This document shows positions 39,295-49,671 of a stretch of 64,000 bases of DNA, one piece after another. A program made the position numbers and the translations under genes. Origin of the DNA: an uncultured delta proteobacterium (GTDB lineage: Bacteria; Myxococcota_A; Polyangia; Polyangiales; Polyangiaceae). How positions within the stretch are numbered: the first letter of the stretch is position 1; each line of letters starts with the position of its first letter. The DNA lies in contig CAVOKF010000005.1 in assembly GCA_963696385.1 (NCBI GenBank), positions 1,088,001-1,152,000 of the forward strand. The letters run 5' to 3'. The notes beneath the pieces are model-generated. The model saw nothing but the letters and a program-made list of their open reading frames with translations. It searched no databases and was not told the DNA's origin.

Positions 39295-40244
39295 TGCGCC
39301 GGGTGCCGCCCTCCGCGGACGGGATCACGCTCAAAGCGGACGAGTTCCGGCTCTTGCGCGATCTATTCGTGGCGCGCACAGGTCTCCACTTCGGCCCCGA
39401 GACGCGATTTTCACTCGAGCGGCGTCTTCGCGAGCGCCTTATCGTGCTCAAGCTCGCGTCGTTCGCCGAATATCACCATTATCTGCGCTTCGCCAAGGCT
39501 GCGGATGCGGAGTGGGACGAGGCGGTCGATCTCCTGACGACGAATGAAACCTATTTTTTTCGCGAAGAACGTCAGTTGCGCGCATTTCAAAACGAGCTCT
39601 TGCCGCTCCTTCACCTTCAAGCTCGACCGCAGCGCAGGCTGATCATCTGGAGCGCGGGCTGCTCGACCGGCGAGGAAGCGTACACGGTCGCCATCCTCGT
39701 GCATCAGTCGGGCTTGTTTTTGCCTCGGCGCACGTCTTTCGATGCGGACGTAAGTGGCCGCGTCAACGGGGCGGCGCCGCCGTGGGACGTGCGGGTCCAT
39801 GGATCCGATATTTCCCGTCGATGTGTGGCCGCCGCGCGCCGCGGCGTCTACTCCGAGAGCAGCTTCCGAGTCACGACGGACGAGCAGCGTCGTGCGTATT
39901 TCGTGGCGCGTCCGGAGGGGGGCTGGCAGGTCAGTGACGTCATTCGGCCCCTGTGTTCGTTCGGTCAGATGAACCTGCTCGAGGACCGATCCCGCGCTCT
40001 CGGTCGGGTCGACGTCATCTTTTGCCGGAACGTGCTCATTTACTTCGACGCGCGCGCGCGCCGGGTGGCCATCGAGATGCTGTATCATCGCTTGAACCCC
40101 GGGGGCGTGCTGCTCCTGGGCCACTCTGAGTCGCTGCTGAACGTCACGACGGCCTTCGAGCTGTTACATTTGAAAGACGATCTCGTGTACCGTAAGCCCC
40201 TATCCGCGCGCAGCCCGAGCCAGTCTCCGGGCCCACTTTCGTGA
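39294..40244 (+). CDS. cheR: Protein-glutamate O-methyltransferase CheR
   Basis: TTNETYFFRE, WSAGCSTGEEAY, GSDIS, DVIFCRNVLIYF, LGHSES. Confidence 0.95.
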   Translation: MRRVPPSADGITLKADEFRLLRDLFVARTGLHFGPETRFSLERRLRERLIVLKLASFAEYHHYLRFAKAADAEWDEAVDLLTTNETYFFREERQLRAFQNELLPLLHLQARPQRRLIIWSAGCSTGEEAYTVAILVHQSGLFLPRRTSFDADVSGRVNGAAPPWDVRVHGSDISRRCVAAARRGVYSESSFRVTTDEQRRAYFVARPEGGWQVSDVIRPLCSFGQMNLLEDRSRALGRVDVIFCRNVLIYFDARARRVAIEMLYHRLNPGGVLLLGHSESLLNVTTAFELLHLKDDLVYRKPLSARSPSQSPGPLS

Positions 40245-41326
40245 CCCCCCACCGTGCGCGTCCCATCCGGCTGCTCGTCGTCGACGACTCGGCCTACAAC
40301 CGACGAAACATCGCGGACGTCTTCGCCGATCACTCCGAGGTCGAAGTCGTGGGCAAGGCGGCTGACGGCGAAGAGGCGCTCAAGCTCGTCACGCTCCTGA
40401 AGCCGGACGTGGTGACTCTCGATCTCGAGATGCCGCGGATGGACGGGTTCACGTTTCTTCGCATCCTCGCCGCGACGACGCCGACCCCCGTCATCGTCGT
40501 CAGCAGTTACTCGCAGCGCGAGAACGTCTTCAAAGCGCTCGAGCTCGGGGCCCTCGATTTCGTCGCCAAGCCCGACCGGCTGACGCCCGAGGCGATGGAG
40601 GTCCGCGAAGAACTGCTCAAGAAAGTACTCCTCGTCCGTTCGCTGGGGCCGTCGTTCGTGCCTAAATCACTGGTGCGGCGGCAGGGCAGCGGGGCGTTTA
40701 CGGTCGATGGAGCTGCGGCCGGGTTCGAGCCCGCCCCGGCGCGGCCTGCTGCGCTGTATCGGCCCCCGAAGCGCGTCATCGCGATCGCAAGCTCGACGGG
40801 GGGGCCGAGCGCCCTCCTGCAGCTCTTCGCCCGCTTTCCCGCGACGACGGCTGCGGCGTTCGTGGTCGCACAGCACATGCCCGACAAGTTCACGCGGACG
40901 TTCGCCGAGCGACTGGACAAGCGTGGTGCGGTGCGAACGGTCGAGGCGACCGACGGCGATTTGCTCGAGCCCGCGACGGGGTTCATCTGCCCGGGGCGGA
41001 AGTGCATGGAGCTCGTGAAAAAAGGGTCGGAGTTTCGGCTGCGCGTCGGTCCTGCGGCCGCCACCGACCGTTACGTACCCAGCGCCAACCGGCTCTTCAA
41101 CAGCGTGGCACCCCTCGGTCCGTCGTGCATCGGCGTCGTTCTCACGGGCATGGGCGACGACGGGCTCGAGGGCGCGCGCGCGATTCGCGACGCGGGCGGC
41201 ATCATCATCGCCGAATCCCAAGAGACGGCCATCGTGAACGGGATGCCCGGCGCGGTCGTGCGCGCGGGCCTCGCGTCCGAGGTCCTTCCGCTGCCAAGCA
41301 TCGGCGAATATCTATCGAAGTTCTGA
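40241..41326 (+). CDS. cheB: Protein-glutamate methylesterase CheB (REC plus esterase)
   Basis: [29 protein letters not shown] (triad intact). Confidence 0.95.
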   Translation: MTPHRARPIRLLVVDDSAYNRRNIADVFADHSEVEVVGKAADGEEALKLVTLLKPDVVTLDLEMPRMDGFTFLRILAATTPTPVIVVSSYSQRENVFKALELGALDFVAKPDRLTPEAMEVREELLKKVLLVRSLGPSFVPKSLVRRQGSGAFTVDGAAAGFEPAPARPAALYRPPKRVIAIASSTGGPSALLQLFARFPATTAAAFVVAQHMPDKFTRTFAERLDKRGAVRTVEATDGDLLEPATGFICPGRKCMELVKKGSEFRLRVGPAAATDRYVPSANRLFNSVAPLGPSCIGVVLTGMGDDGLEGARAIRDAGGIIIAESQETAIVNGMPGAVVRAGLASEVLPLPSIGEYLSKF

Positions 41327-41330
41327 TCGC

Positions 41331-42443
41331 ATGGCCAAGCGTCCCGTGGCTCGAATTCCTGAACATCGGGGCGCCGAACCGCTCGGTGACCCCGTACGTG
41401 CGATCGACGCGACGCAGCAGCAGGACGATACCCAGTTCGACCGCACGCTGCGGCCGCGAACCTTCGCCGACTACATTGGCCAGACCAAACACAAGGACAA
41501 TCTGCGCGTCTTCGTCGAGGCCGCCCGGCGTCGCGGCGAGCCGCTCGATCATCTCCTCCTGTCCGGTCCGCCGGGGCTCGGTAAGACGACCCTCGCCCAC
41601 ATTCTGGCGCACGAGATGGGCGTCCAGGTCGTTACCACGAGCGGCCCCGTGATCGAACACAAGGGGGCGCTCGCAGCGCTTCTCACGACGAAGCTCCAGA
41701 AAAACGACATTCTGTTCATCGACGAGATTCACCGCCTGAACCCCGTCGTCGAGGAGAGCCTTTACCCGGCTCTCGACGAGTCGATCATCGACATCATGAC
41801 CGGTGAGGGGGCGTTCGCGAGCGCCGTGCAGATCCCGCTCCAGCCGTTCACGCTCGTGGGGGCAACGACGCGAACGGGACTGCTCACGGCGCCTCTGTTC
41901 TCGAGGTTCGGCCACGTCGTCCGGCTAGACTTCTACCCTCCCGAGGATCTGGCTCGCATCGTCGTCCGGAGCGCCAGGCTCCTCACCGTGAGCCTTGATG
42001 CCGAAGCGGCGCACGAGATCGCCCGTCGCTCCCGCGGGACACCGCGCATTGCCAACCGGCTGCTGCGCCGCGTTCGCGACTTCGCCGAGGTGCTCGGCAC
42101 TGGGCGCATCGATCTCGAGGGCGTTCGCGACGCCTGCGCGAGGCTCGAGGTCGACGAAGCCGGTCTCGACGAAATGGACCGGCGTTACCTCACCGTCGTC
42201 ATCGAACACTACGACGGAGGCCCGGTCGGCGTCGATGCACTCGCGGCCGGGCTCGCCGAGCCGCGGGACACGCTCGAGGACGTGGTCGAGCCGTTCCTCA
42301 TTCAGCAAGGTTACGTGGGCCGGACGCCGCGAGGTCGCATCGCCCATCGAAAGGCCTACGAGGCGCTCGGTAAGAAGCCGCCCGCACCGGGGGCTCCGCC
42401 GGGAGAGCGGTCCGGAACCCCGCAGCGCGATCTGTTCGACTGA
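41331..42443 (+). CDS. ruvB: Holliday junction branch migration helicase RuvB
   Basis: [58 protein letters not shown]. Confidence 0.97.
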   Translation: MAKRPVARIPEHRGAEPLGDPVRAIDATQQQDDTQFDRTLRPRTFADYIGQTKHKDNLRVFVEAARRRGEPLDHLLLSGPPGLGKTTLAHILAHEMGVQVVTTSGPVIEHKGALAALLTTKLQKNDILFIDEIHRLNPVVEESLYPALDESIIDIMTGEGAFASAVQIPLQPFTLVGATTRTGLLTAPLFSRFGHVVRLDFYPPEDLARIVVRSARLLTVSLDAEAAHEIARRSRGTPRIANRLLRRVRDFAEVLGTGRIDLEGVRDACARLEVDEAGLDEMDRRYLTVVIEHYDGGPVGVDALAAGLAEPRDTLEDVVEPFLIQQGYVGRTPRGRIAHRKAYEALGKKPPAPGAPPGERSGTPQRDLFD

Positions 42444-42450
42444 GCGCGCA

Positions 42451-44553
42451 ATGTCGACAAATGGGGACGGAGAGGTACACTTTTTGGCCGTGCCGGGTGG
42501 TCCCGTCCTTGTCGTCGACGACGATACCGTCAGTCGACACGTCCTCATCCAGGCGCTGGCGCACGCGGATCTTCCGCATATGGCCGTCGCGTCGGGCACC
42601 GAGGCACTCGCGCAAATCGACAAGATCAGCCCTTCGATCGTGTTGCTCGATCTCGTGATGCCGCCACCCGACGGCTACCAGATCTTGCGTATTCTGAGAT
42701 CCCGACCCGATACGCGCGACCTTCCTGTCGTCGTGTTGACGGCCCTCGAGGCGGACGAGGAAATCGCAAAGGTCTTCGAGGCCGGGGCCGACGACTTCGT
42801 TCGGAAGCCCTTCAAGCCCGTCGAGCTGGTGGCGCGGATACGGGGTCAGCTTCGCATTCGTGGATTCGTCGAGGCGCTCGCGAAGAAGGAGCAGGACGCA
42901 CGGTTGGTGCTCGAGCTCACGCGCGCCCTGGCGTCCAACCTCGACTTCCGGGGCATCCTCTTTACCGTCGTCCAGCGAATCGCCGAGGTGGCCAAGGTCG
43001 ATCGCGTGAGCATCGTCCTCGTGCGTGAGGCAGGCGACGTCGGATACGTCGTCGCAGCGAGCGACGACGAGCAGCTTCGCGACTTGCCGATCGATCTCGC
43101 TAACTACCCCGAGATCCAGCAGGTGCTGAGCAGTCGCGAACCTCTGGTCATCGCGGACGTAGCGACTCACCCACTGCTCGAGATTGTCCGTCACGAGGGG
43201 CACAAGAGCGTGTTCAGCTCGCTCGCGATCCTGCCGATCCTTTACGAGTCGCGCCCCATGGGGGTCCTGTTTCTTCGAGCAAAGCAGGCATTCACGTTCG
43301 CGGATCGCGAGCTCGGGCTCTGCCGAACCGTGTCGAATGCCATGGCGATCGCGCTGCGCAACGCGCGGGTGATGCAGACGCTGCGCGATCAGACGCAGCA
43401 AGTCACCGTGGCCCGCTTCGAGGCCGAGCGTCGACTGCGGACGCTGCAGCGCTACGCCGACTTTTTCGAAAGTGCGGCGGATGGCATCATCGTCATCGAC
43501 GCAGAAGGGCATCTCTTGTTTTCGAATCCGCGCACGCAGACCATCACGGGCTACAGCGAGGCCGATTTGCGGGGGCGCCGGGTCGGAGATTTGCTGGCGG
43601 GCGAGGACGCGGGCCTGGCTCACGATCTTCGTCTCGGCTTCGCGCAGGGGCGGTATCCGCAGAACGTCGACGTCCACGTGCGCAAGAAAGGGGGAGACGT
43701 CGCGATCTTGAGCGTGAACTTCAATTCGGTGCTCCGTGAGGAAGGCGTCGTACTCTGCACTTTTCGCGACGTGACCGCCGAACGTGCGGTCGAAAACGAA
43801 CTTCTCAAGACCAAGGACTTCCTTCAGCGCATCATCGATTCGTCCGTCGATGCCATCGTGAGTGCAGACCTTCGCGGCCGTATTTTGCTCGCGAACCCCG
43901 CTGCCGAACGGATTTACGGCATCCCCGCGGCCGAGTTGCTCGGGTGCGACGTGAGCACCCGATATCCTCGAGGAGTCGCGCGCGACGTCATGCGCCTGAT
44001 ACGGGCCGGAGGCGGTCGCGTGCAAGGCCTTCGCACCGAGCTCCTCAATGTGAGCGGAGAGCCGGTCCCCGTCTCCCTCTCGGCGGCGCTCATCTACGAA
44101 GCCGGGGTGCCCGTTGGCAGCGTCGGCATCTTCACGGATCTGCGCGAAAAGGTTCGCATGGAACAGCGCCTCGCGCAGGCGCAGGAGCAAATCCTCGCCC
44201 AGGAGCGTCAGGCCATCGTGGCGGAGCTGGCGGGCGCCGCGGCCCACGAGCTCAACCAGCCGCTCACGATCGTGATGGGGTATGCCGAGCTGCTGAAGCG
44301 CCGGTTGGAGCCCGCCACGGCACCTCACTCGGCCGCCGAGGTCATTTTCAACGAGGCGGAGCGGATGGCCGATATCGTGCGCAAGATCGGCAAGATCACC
44401 CGATACGAGACGAAATCGTACGTCGGCCGGGCGCGCATTCTCGATCTGGACCGATCGGCGCCCGCATCGGTGCGCGACGATGACGTCCTGGCGGCTGCCA
44501 ACGACGATCGGTCCGCCATCGTGAAACCCGTCGCCGGTCAGCACGGCAAATAG
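42451..44553 (+). CDS. REC-GAF-PAS-PAS-HisKA signalling protein lacking a HATPase domain
   Basis: VLVVDDD/LLDLVMP/KPF; GAF-like segment; two PAS domains (ESAADGII, DSSVDAIV); AHELNQPL; ends about 100 aa after the His with no N/G1/G2 boxes. Confidence 0.88.
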   Translation: MSTNGDGEVHFLAVPGGPVLVVDDDTVSRHVLIQALAHADLPHMAVASGTEALAQIDKISPSIVLLDLVMPPPDGYQILRILRSRPDTRDLPVVVLTALEADEEIAKVFEAGADDFVRKPFKPVELVARIRGQLRIRGFVEALAKKEQDARLVLELTRALASNLDFRGILFTVVQRIAEVAKVDRVSIVLVREAGDVGYVVAASDDEQLRDLPIDLANYPEIQQVLSSREPLVIADVATHPLLEIVRHEGHKSVFSSLAILPILYESRPMGVLFLRAKQAFTFADRELGLCRTVSNAMAIALRNARVMQTLRDQTQQVTVARFEAERRLRTLQRYADFFESAADGIIVIDAEGHLLFSNPRTQTITGYSEADLRGRRVGDLLAGEDAGLAHDLRLGFAQGRYPQNVDVHVRKKGGDVAILSVNFNSVLREEGVVLCTFRDVTAERAVENELLKTKDFLQRIIDSSVDAIVSADLRGRILLANPAAERIYGIPAAELLGCDVSTRYPRGVARDVMRLIRAGGGRVQGLRTELLNVSGEPVPVSLSAALIYEAGVPVGSVGIFTDLREKVRMEQRLAQAQEQILAQERQAIVAELAGAAAHELNQPLTIVMGYAELLKRRLEPATAPHSAAEVIFNEAERMADIVRKIGKITRYETKSYVGRARILDLDRSAPASVRDDDVLAAANDDRSAIVKPVAGQHGK

Positions 44554-45861
44554 GTGTCCCGCATGCGCAAGCGTTCGATGGATGGACCGGGCAGCCGGGG
44601 GGCAGAGACGCTCGGCGACGGCGACGGCGCGGCTCCGGTCAGCGACACGGAGCTCTCGTCATCCCGACCGCGCGTGCCGGACCTGGTGCCGAGTGCATGG
44701 CTGGACCGCCTTCTCGTCGCCGCAATCGATCTGCCGCTTCCGAGCGGGGAGCGCGCCGTCGTCGAGACACTGATAGCGGCTGCGGCGGACATCGTACCCG
44801 CGCATGCGGTGGGCGCGTGTCTCGTGCCCGAACCAGGCGCGAACCGTCTCGCCCGTGTGGTCGTGCGCAAGCTTCCCGAGGGGGTGAGGGACCGACCGGG
44901 CCCCAGCGATCCGACCCGGATCTTCCCGGAGTTCGCGCACGAGTATGTCGTCGGCGTTCCGTCGGACCCGATGGGATCGACGCTGCACTTGGCGTCCGAT
45001 GACGAGAATCTGGACGCTGCCCGCTCGCCTGCGGTTCGTCTCATCGAAAGAGTGGCGATGATCCTCGGACGTGCGCTCCCGAACGCCCGGGCTGCCGTGG
45101 CGGCTGCCGCGGGCGCCAACCGAAACACGCGGCGTCTCGAGAGAAGAATGATCCAGGCCGAAAAACTGGCCACATTCGGACAGCTGGCGGCCGGTTTGGT
45201 GCACGAGCTCAACAACCCGCTCACCTCGATTGTCGCTTATTCGGACTTTCTCATCCGCAAGGCTGCCGAAGAGGGCCGTCGCCGCGAAGCGGACGACGTC
45301 GAGAGGCTGCGCCGGATCAGCGAATCGGCGAATCGGATGCTTCGATTCACGCGCGAGCTCGTGACGTACGCACGACCTTCGAGCGACGCGACCGGAGCGG
45401 TCGTCCTGCAGGAAGTGGTCGACCGGGCCGTCGCGTTCTGCGAGCACGTTCTGGCGGCGGCTGGCGTGCGCGTCGAGCGGCGCTACGGCCCCGACATCCT
45501 CATCGTCCGTGGCGTGAGCGAGCAATTGGTCCAGGTATTCGTCAACCTGCTCACCAATGCGTGTCAGGCCGCCCCCCCGACCGGCGGGCGCGTGGTCTTG
45601 ACGACATCGGTGCGGGTGAGCGAGCGAGATCGTCGGGCCGTCGTCTCCGTATCCGACAATGGGGCCGGCATTGCCCCCGAGCACCTGCCGCAAGTCTTCG
45701 TTCCGTTCTTCACGACCAAACGAGAGAGTCATGGCACAGGCCTCGGTCTTTCCATCGTGAAGAGCATCATCGAAAGCCACGACGGCGAGATTCGCGTCGA
45801 CAGCGAGGTCGGGCGCGGTGCTCGATTCGTCGTCGAGCTCCCGGTCGACAGCAAGACGTGA
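44554..45861 (+). CDS. Cytoplasmic sensor histidine kinase (HisKA plus HATPase)
   Basis: VHELNNPL, QVFVNLLTNA, DNGAGI, PFFTTK, GTGLGLSI; starts immediately after the upstream stop. Confidence 0.92.
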   Translation: MSRMRKRSMDGPGSRGAETLGDGDGAAPVSDTELSSSRPRVPDLVPSAWLDRLLVAAIDLPLPSGERAVVETLIAAAADIVPAHAVGACLVPEPGANRLARVVVRKLPEGVRDRPGPSDPTRIFPEFAHEYVVGVPSDPMGSTLHLASDDENLDAARSPAVRLIERVAMILGRALPNARAAVAAAAGANRNTRRLERRMIQAEKLATFGQLAAGLVHELNNPLTSIVAYSDFLIRKAAEEGRRREADDVERLRRISESANRMLRFTRELVTYARPSSDATGAVVLQEVVDRAVAFCEHVLAAAGVRVERRYGPDILIVRGVSEQLVQVFVNLLTNACQAAPPTGGRVVLTTSVRVSERDRRAVVSVSDNGAGIAPEHLPQVFVPFFTTKRESHGTGLGLSIVKSIIESHDGEIRVDSEVGRGARFVVELPVDSKT

Positions 45862-46015
45862 AGGAGGGGCCGGGGCTCCCGGTCCTTGCCTATCTCGTTG
45901 CGGTCGAGCCACCGGCGCGGTCGTTTCATCGATGGCCAAGCCATCGCGGCGCGTTTTCCTGAAACTCGTTTACACCGGCTTTCGCGGTCAGCTACCGTTT
46001 GCGCCGGAACCCGTG

Positions 46016-46771
46016 ATGATTCGTGTGTCGCGAAGAGCGAGGGCCGTGCGTCCGGCGTACATTGTCTCCACCCTCGTCTTCGGGCTTGCCGTGATTTTCG
46101 GCGCGCCTCTCTTTGCCGGCGCAATCCCCGCCGCGACTGTTCATGGCAAGGTGGTGGGGTGGGAAAAACTTCTGCCGCAAGTGTACGCCGAGGGCGCCAA
46201 GAACGACTCACACAGTTACACGTGGCGAGAGCCGTCGCCCACGGTGAAGCAAGATTTTCGGAAGCTGTCCGCGAACGTCTCGCGTGACGTCTGCGTGGCG
46301 GCGCTGGCCATCGGGTCGCAAGGGCACGAGCACGACCCCGTTTCGATCAAGGTAACGGGCGGCCGCATTACGCCCGCGACGATTGTGCTGGCTCCGGGCT
46401 CGCGCCTCAGCTTCAAGAACGTCGACCCGTTCGCGCATACCCTCTACGAGGTGGCGAACGACAAGTGGGCGGCGAATCCTCTGGCCCCGAGCTCGACGCG
46501 CGAGTGGGCCGCAACGGCGCCGGGCCTGCACGTGATTCGTGACGAGCTCTTCCCGAGCGTCGTCATGTACATCGTGGTCGATGCGGCGGCTGTCGAGTTC
46601 GCGCTTCCGGATCACGAGGGTGGCTTCGCCATGGCCCTGCCGCAAGGTGACTACACCCTGAAGGCATTTTTCGACGGCAAACCCGTCGGAAGGGAGGCGC
46701 CGATTCACGTCGTCGGCGGCGTCCTCGATATGAGGGAGCCCATGGTCTTGGGAGGCGGTGATTCGAAGTGA
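46016..46771 (+). CDS. Exported hypothetical protein (beta-sandwich, cupredoxin-like segment FKNVDPFAH)
   Basis: Hydrophobic N-terminus; typical codon usage; GTGA overlap with the next gene; start uncertain. Confidence 0.6.
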   Translation: MIRVSRRARAVRPAYIVSTLVFGLAVIFGAPLFAGAIPAATVHGKVVGWEKLLPQVYAEGAKNDSHSYTWREPSPTVKQDFRKLSANVSRDVCVAALAIGSQGHEHDPVSIKVTGGRITPATIVLAPGSRLSFKNVDPFAHTLYEVANDKWAANPLAPSSTREWAATAPGLHVIRDELFPSVVMYIVVDAAAVEFALPDHEGGFAMALPQGDYTLKAFFDGKPVGREAPIHVVGGVLDMREPMVLGGGDSK

Positions 46772-48558
46772 TGGTCTTGTCGCGCGTATGGTACGTCCTT
46801 CTCGGCGTTGCCGTCGCCGTGGCGCTCTACGTCGTCTACGTCGCGGTGGGCCAATACAATCGGCAGACCATGCGCGCGCTCAAGGAGGGGCTCGCGTCGG
46901 ACAGCCAGACGGTCGAGTGGGCCCTCAAAATCGACGCTCGGCGTCGCATCGACGCGCTCCTTGTAGGCAGCGTCGACGCCACGTTGCAGCAGGCGCTGGT
47001 CGCCGCAAACTCGACCAAGGATGGCCGCGTCTCCGATAAGTCCAAAGGCGACGCCAAAAAAGCACTCGCTTCGATCAGCGACAACATTCCTGCCGACTGG
47101 CGGAGCGACGCTCTCTTCGCCGTCGATCGTGACGGGCAGGTCGTCGCCCAGGTCGGCTTCGACGCCGTAGCCGGGAACGATGACTTCGAACTCGGGGGCT
47201 ACGGGGCGGTCAACGACGCACTGCACGGTTGGCTTCGCGACGATGTGTGGCTGCTCGGCAGCAAGATCTATGTCGTCGCTGCCCGTCCCGTGGAGTACGA
47301 CGCCACGCAACGCCCGGCGGGCGCGATCGTCGGGTTGAAGGAGGTCAGCAAGAAGTTCGCGGAGGACCTTGCGAAGAGGACGCGCACCAGTCTCGCCTTC
47401 TTCGCGGCGGGCAGGAGTGTCGCCAGTGGCGTCGGCGTCGAAGGCTTCGATCCGGAGCAACTCGACGCCATCGGCAACGACCTGAAGACCGTCGACGCCC
47501 AGGCGTACGGCGAGGCGGGGCGCACCGATGCGCGAATGCTTTCCGACGATCTGGGGGCCACGTATGCGCGATTGCCCGGCGACATTTGGCCCATGGGCGG
47601 AGGATTCGCCGTGGTGCGCACGCGCACCGTTCTCGCCGGACCGACAAGCTTCTTGAGCAACGCCGACGATAAGGACAAAGCCAACGTCCCCTGGCTTCTG
47701 CTGGTCTGCGTGGTTGGCGTGGCTGCGGCCGTGGGCCTGGCCGCCACGGCGATCGAGCACTCGGCGCCGCTTGCCGAGCTGGTCATGCAGGCGACTCGTC
47801 TCAAAGAGGGGACGATGGAAATGCTGCAAGTGGCGCGTCTGCGCGGCGCCTACCGACTGGCAGCTCAAAACATCAACGAAGGCATCGAGCGATCGATCGA
47901 AAAAGCCGGTGGGGTGACCCGCAAGCCGGCCGATCTCGAAGCGATCCTCGGACCGGCGCCAGCCCAACCGTCGATGAGCGCTTTCTCGTTCCTGAACTCC
48001 GATGCCGGTGTGGCGCCCGACCTCCCGCCGCCGGTTCTGCCCGCTCGGCCGCCGCCCCCCGCAGCCACCAAGCCGCTACCGTTCGGGGACATTCCACCCT
48101 CGGCGTTTTCTTTGCCCGATGCGCCGTCTCCCGGTGCGAAGCCAGCTCCTGCACCCCCAGGCAAGCCGCTCCCGCCTCCGACTTCCTTACCGCAGGGGCT
48201 GCCGCAATCGCACTTGCCGCTGGTAAGAGGGGTCGCCACCATCTCGGGCGTATCTCCGAGCGATGACGACGACGCCACCACGGTCGGTGCCGTGCCGGCC
48301 GAGCTGTTGGCGCAGGCGACAGGCGACCAGGTCGCCCCCGAGGAGAGGTCCGAATGGCTTGCGGTCTTCGATGATTTCGTCCGGACCAAGCGCCAATGCG
48401 GAGAGCCGGTCGACGGGCTCACCTTCGAGAAGTTCGCGCGAAAGCTCAAGGAGAATCGCGACGCGCTCGTGCTGCGTCACGCTTGCCGGCGAGTCCGATT
48501 CAGTGTGTATGTCAAGGACGGGCGCGCCTCGCTGAAGGCGGTGCCGGTGCGCCACTGA
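46768..48558 (+). CDS. MXAN_5187-family-like membrane protein (TM, Cache-like, TM, Pro-rich linker, conserved C-domain)
   Basis: Two TM helices; C-terminal CGEPVDGLTFEKFARKL...VRFSVYVKDGRASLKA recalled as a myxobacterial domain. Confidence 0.75.
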   Translation: MMVLSRVWYVLLGVAVAVALYVVYVAVGQYNRQTMRALKEGLASDSQTVEWALKIDARRRIDALLVGSVDATLQQALVAANSTKDGRVSDKSKGDAKKALASISDNIPADWRSDALFAVDRDGQVVAQVGFDAVAGNDDFELGGYGAVNDALHGWLRDDVWLLGSKIYVVAARPVEYDATQRPAGAIVGLKEVSKKFAEDLAKRTRTSLAFFAAGRSVASGVGVEGFDPEQLDAIGNDLKTVDAQAYGEAGRTDARMLSDDLGATYARLPGDIWPMGGGFAVVRTRTVLAGPTSFLSNADDKDKANVPWLLLVCVVGVAAAVGLAATAIEHSAPLAELVMQATRLKEGTMEMLQVARLRGAYRLAAQNINEGIERSIEKAGGVTRKPADLEAILGPAPAQPSMSAFSFLNSDAGVAPDLPPPVLPARPPPPAATKPLPFGDIPPSAFSLPDAPSPGAKPAPAPPGKPLPPPTSLPQGLPQSHLPLVRGVATISGVSPSDDDDATTVGAVPAELLAQATGDQVAPEERSEWLAVFDDFVRTKRQCGEPVDGLTFEKFARKLKENRDALVLRHACRRVRFSVYVKDGRASLKAVPVRH

Positions 48559-48629
48559 GGAGATGTCACGACGGGGGTTCCGGTCCTGGCGTACCCCCGG
48601 CCGCATCGCTAACTTTGGCGCGCCCATCC

Positions 48630-49592
48630 ATGAATCATTTGCAAGTGCGCGAGGTCATCGTCGTCGGATCGGGTCCTGCCGGTCACACCGCGGCTATTTA
48701 TGCTGCGCGGGCGAACCTGAAGCCGTTGATGATCGAGGGGCTCACGCGCGGCGGCATTCCGGGCGGCCAGCTGATGATCACGAACGACGTCGAAAACTTT
48801 CCGGGATTTCCACAAAAAATCGCAGGCCCCGAGCTCATGAGGGCCTTTCGTGAACAATCGCTGGCCCAAGGCGTCGAGATCGTCACGGACGACGTCCTTC
48901 GGGTGGATCTGCGCCATCGACCGTTCACGGTATGGGTCGGCGAAGACATGGTCGAGTATCGATCTCGCACCGTCGTCGTGGCGACCGGAGCTCAGGCCAA
49001 GTGGCTGGGCCTCGAAAGCGAAGCCGCACTGCTCGGCAGAGGGGTGAGCGCGTGCGCCGTTTGCGACGGTGCATTCTTTCGCGGCCAAGACGTTGTGGTG
49101 GTCGGCGGCGGCGACACGGCCATGGAGGAGGCGACGTATCTGGCTGGTCTCTGCCGGAGCGTTACGCTCGTACACCGCAGGCAGGAATTTCGCGCGTGCA
49201 AGACCATGCAGGACAGGGTGCTCAACAACCCGAAGATCCGGGTCGTCTTCGATGCCCAGGTCGAGGAAGTGCTCGACGTGGGCCTCGGCGAAGTGACCGG
49301 CGTTCGCATCCACGTTCGTACGAAAGAATCGGTGGTGGTGCCCTGTACCGGCCTCTTTGTGGCCATTGGCCACACCCCGAACACGGATCTGTTCCGAGGG
49401 CAGATCGAACTGCACGACAGCGGCTACATCAAAACGAAAGCCGGAAGCACCTATACGAGTGTGCCGGGAGTTTTTGCTTGCGGTGACGTTCAGGATTTCA
49501 CCTACCGCCAGGCGGTGACGGCGGCGGGGAGCGGATGCATGGCCGCTCTCGATGCGGAGCGCTGGATGGTTATGGCCGAAGGCGACGCCTGA
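48630..49592 (+). CDS. trxB: Thioredoxin-disulfide reductase
   Basis: GSGPAG, VENFPGF, SACAVCDG, GGGDTAMEEA, FACGDVQD, QAVTAAGSG. Confidence 0.96.
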   Translation: MNHLQVREVIVVGSGPAGHTAAIYAARANLKPLMIEGLTRGGIPGGQLMITNDVENFPGFPQKIAGPELMRAFREQSLAQGVEIVTDDVLRVDLRHRPFTVWVGEDMVEYRSRTVVVATGAQAKWLGLESEAALLGRGVSACAVCDGAFFRGQDVVVVGGGDTAMEEATYLAGLCRSVTLVHRRQEFRACKTMQDRVLNNPKIRVVFDAQVEEVLDVGLGEVTGVRIHVRTKESVVVPCTGLFVAIGHTPNTDLFRGQIELHDSGYIKTKAGSTYTSVPGVFACGDVQDFTYRQAVTAAGSGCMAALDAERWMVMAEGDA

Positions 49593-49671
49593 TCTCCTCG
49601 GCGCGAGCCGTCGCGAGCCTCGTGTGGAGTGATCCGTTGCCGGTGTTGACGTACGCTCGGCGCGGCAACCG

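Noticed and set aside
42298..44544. Long antisense or alternate-frame ORFs (also 9842-11755, 25368-27488, 29292-30971, 6394-7866)
   Set aside because: Shadow ORFs expected from high-GC codon bias; they overlap well-supported genes and show no family motifs
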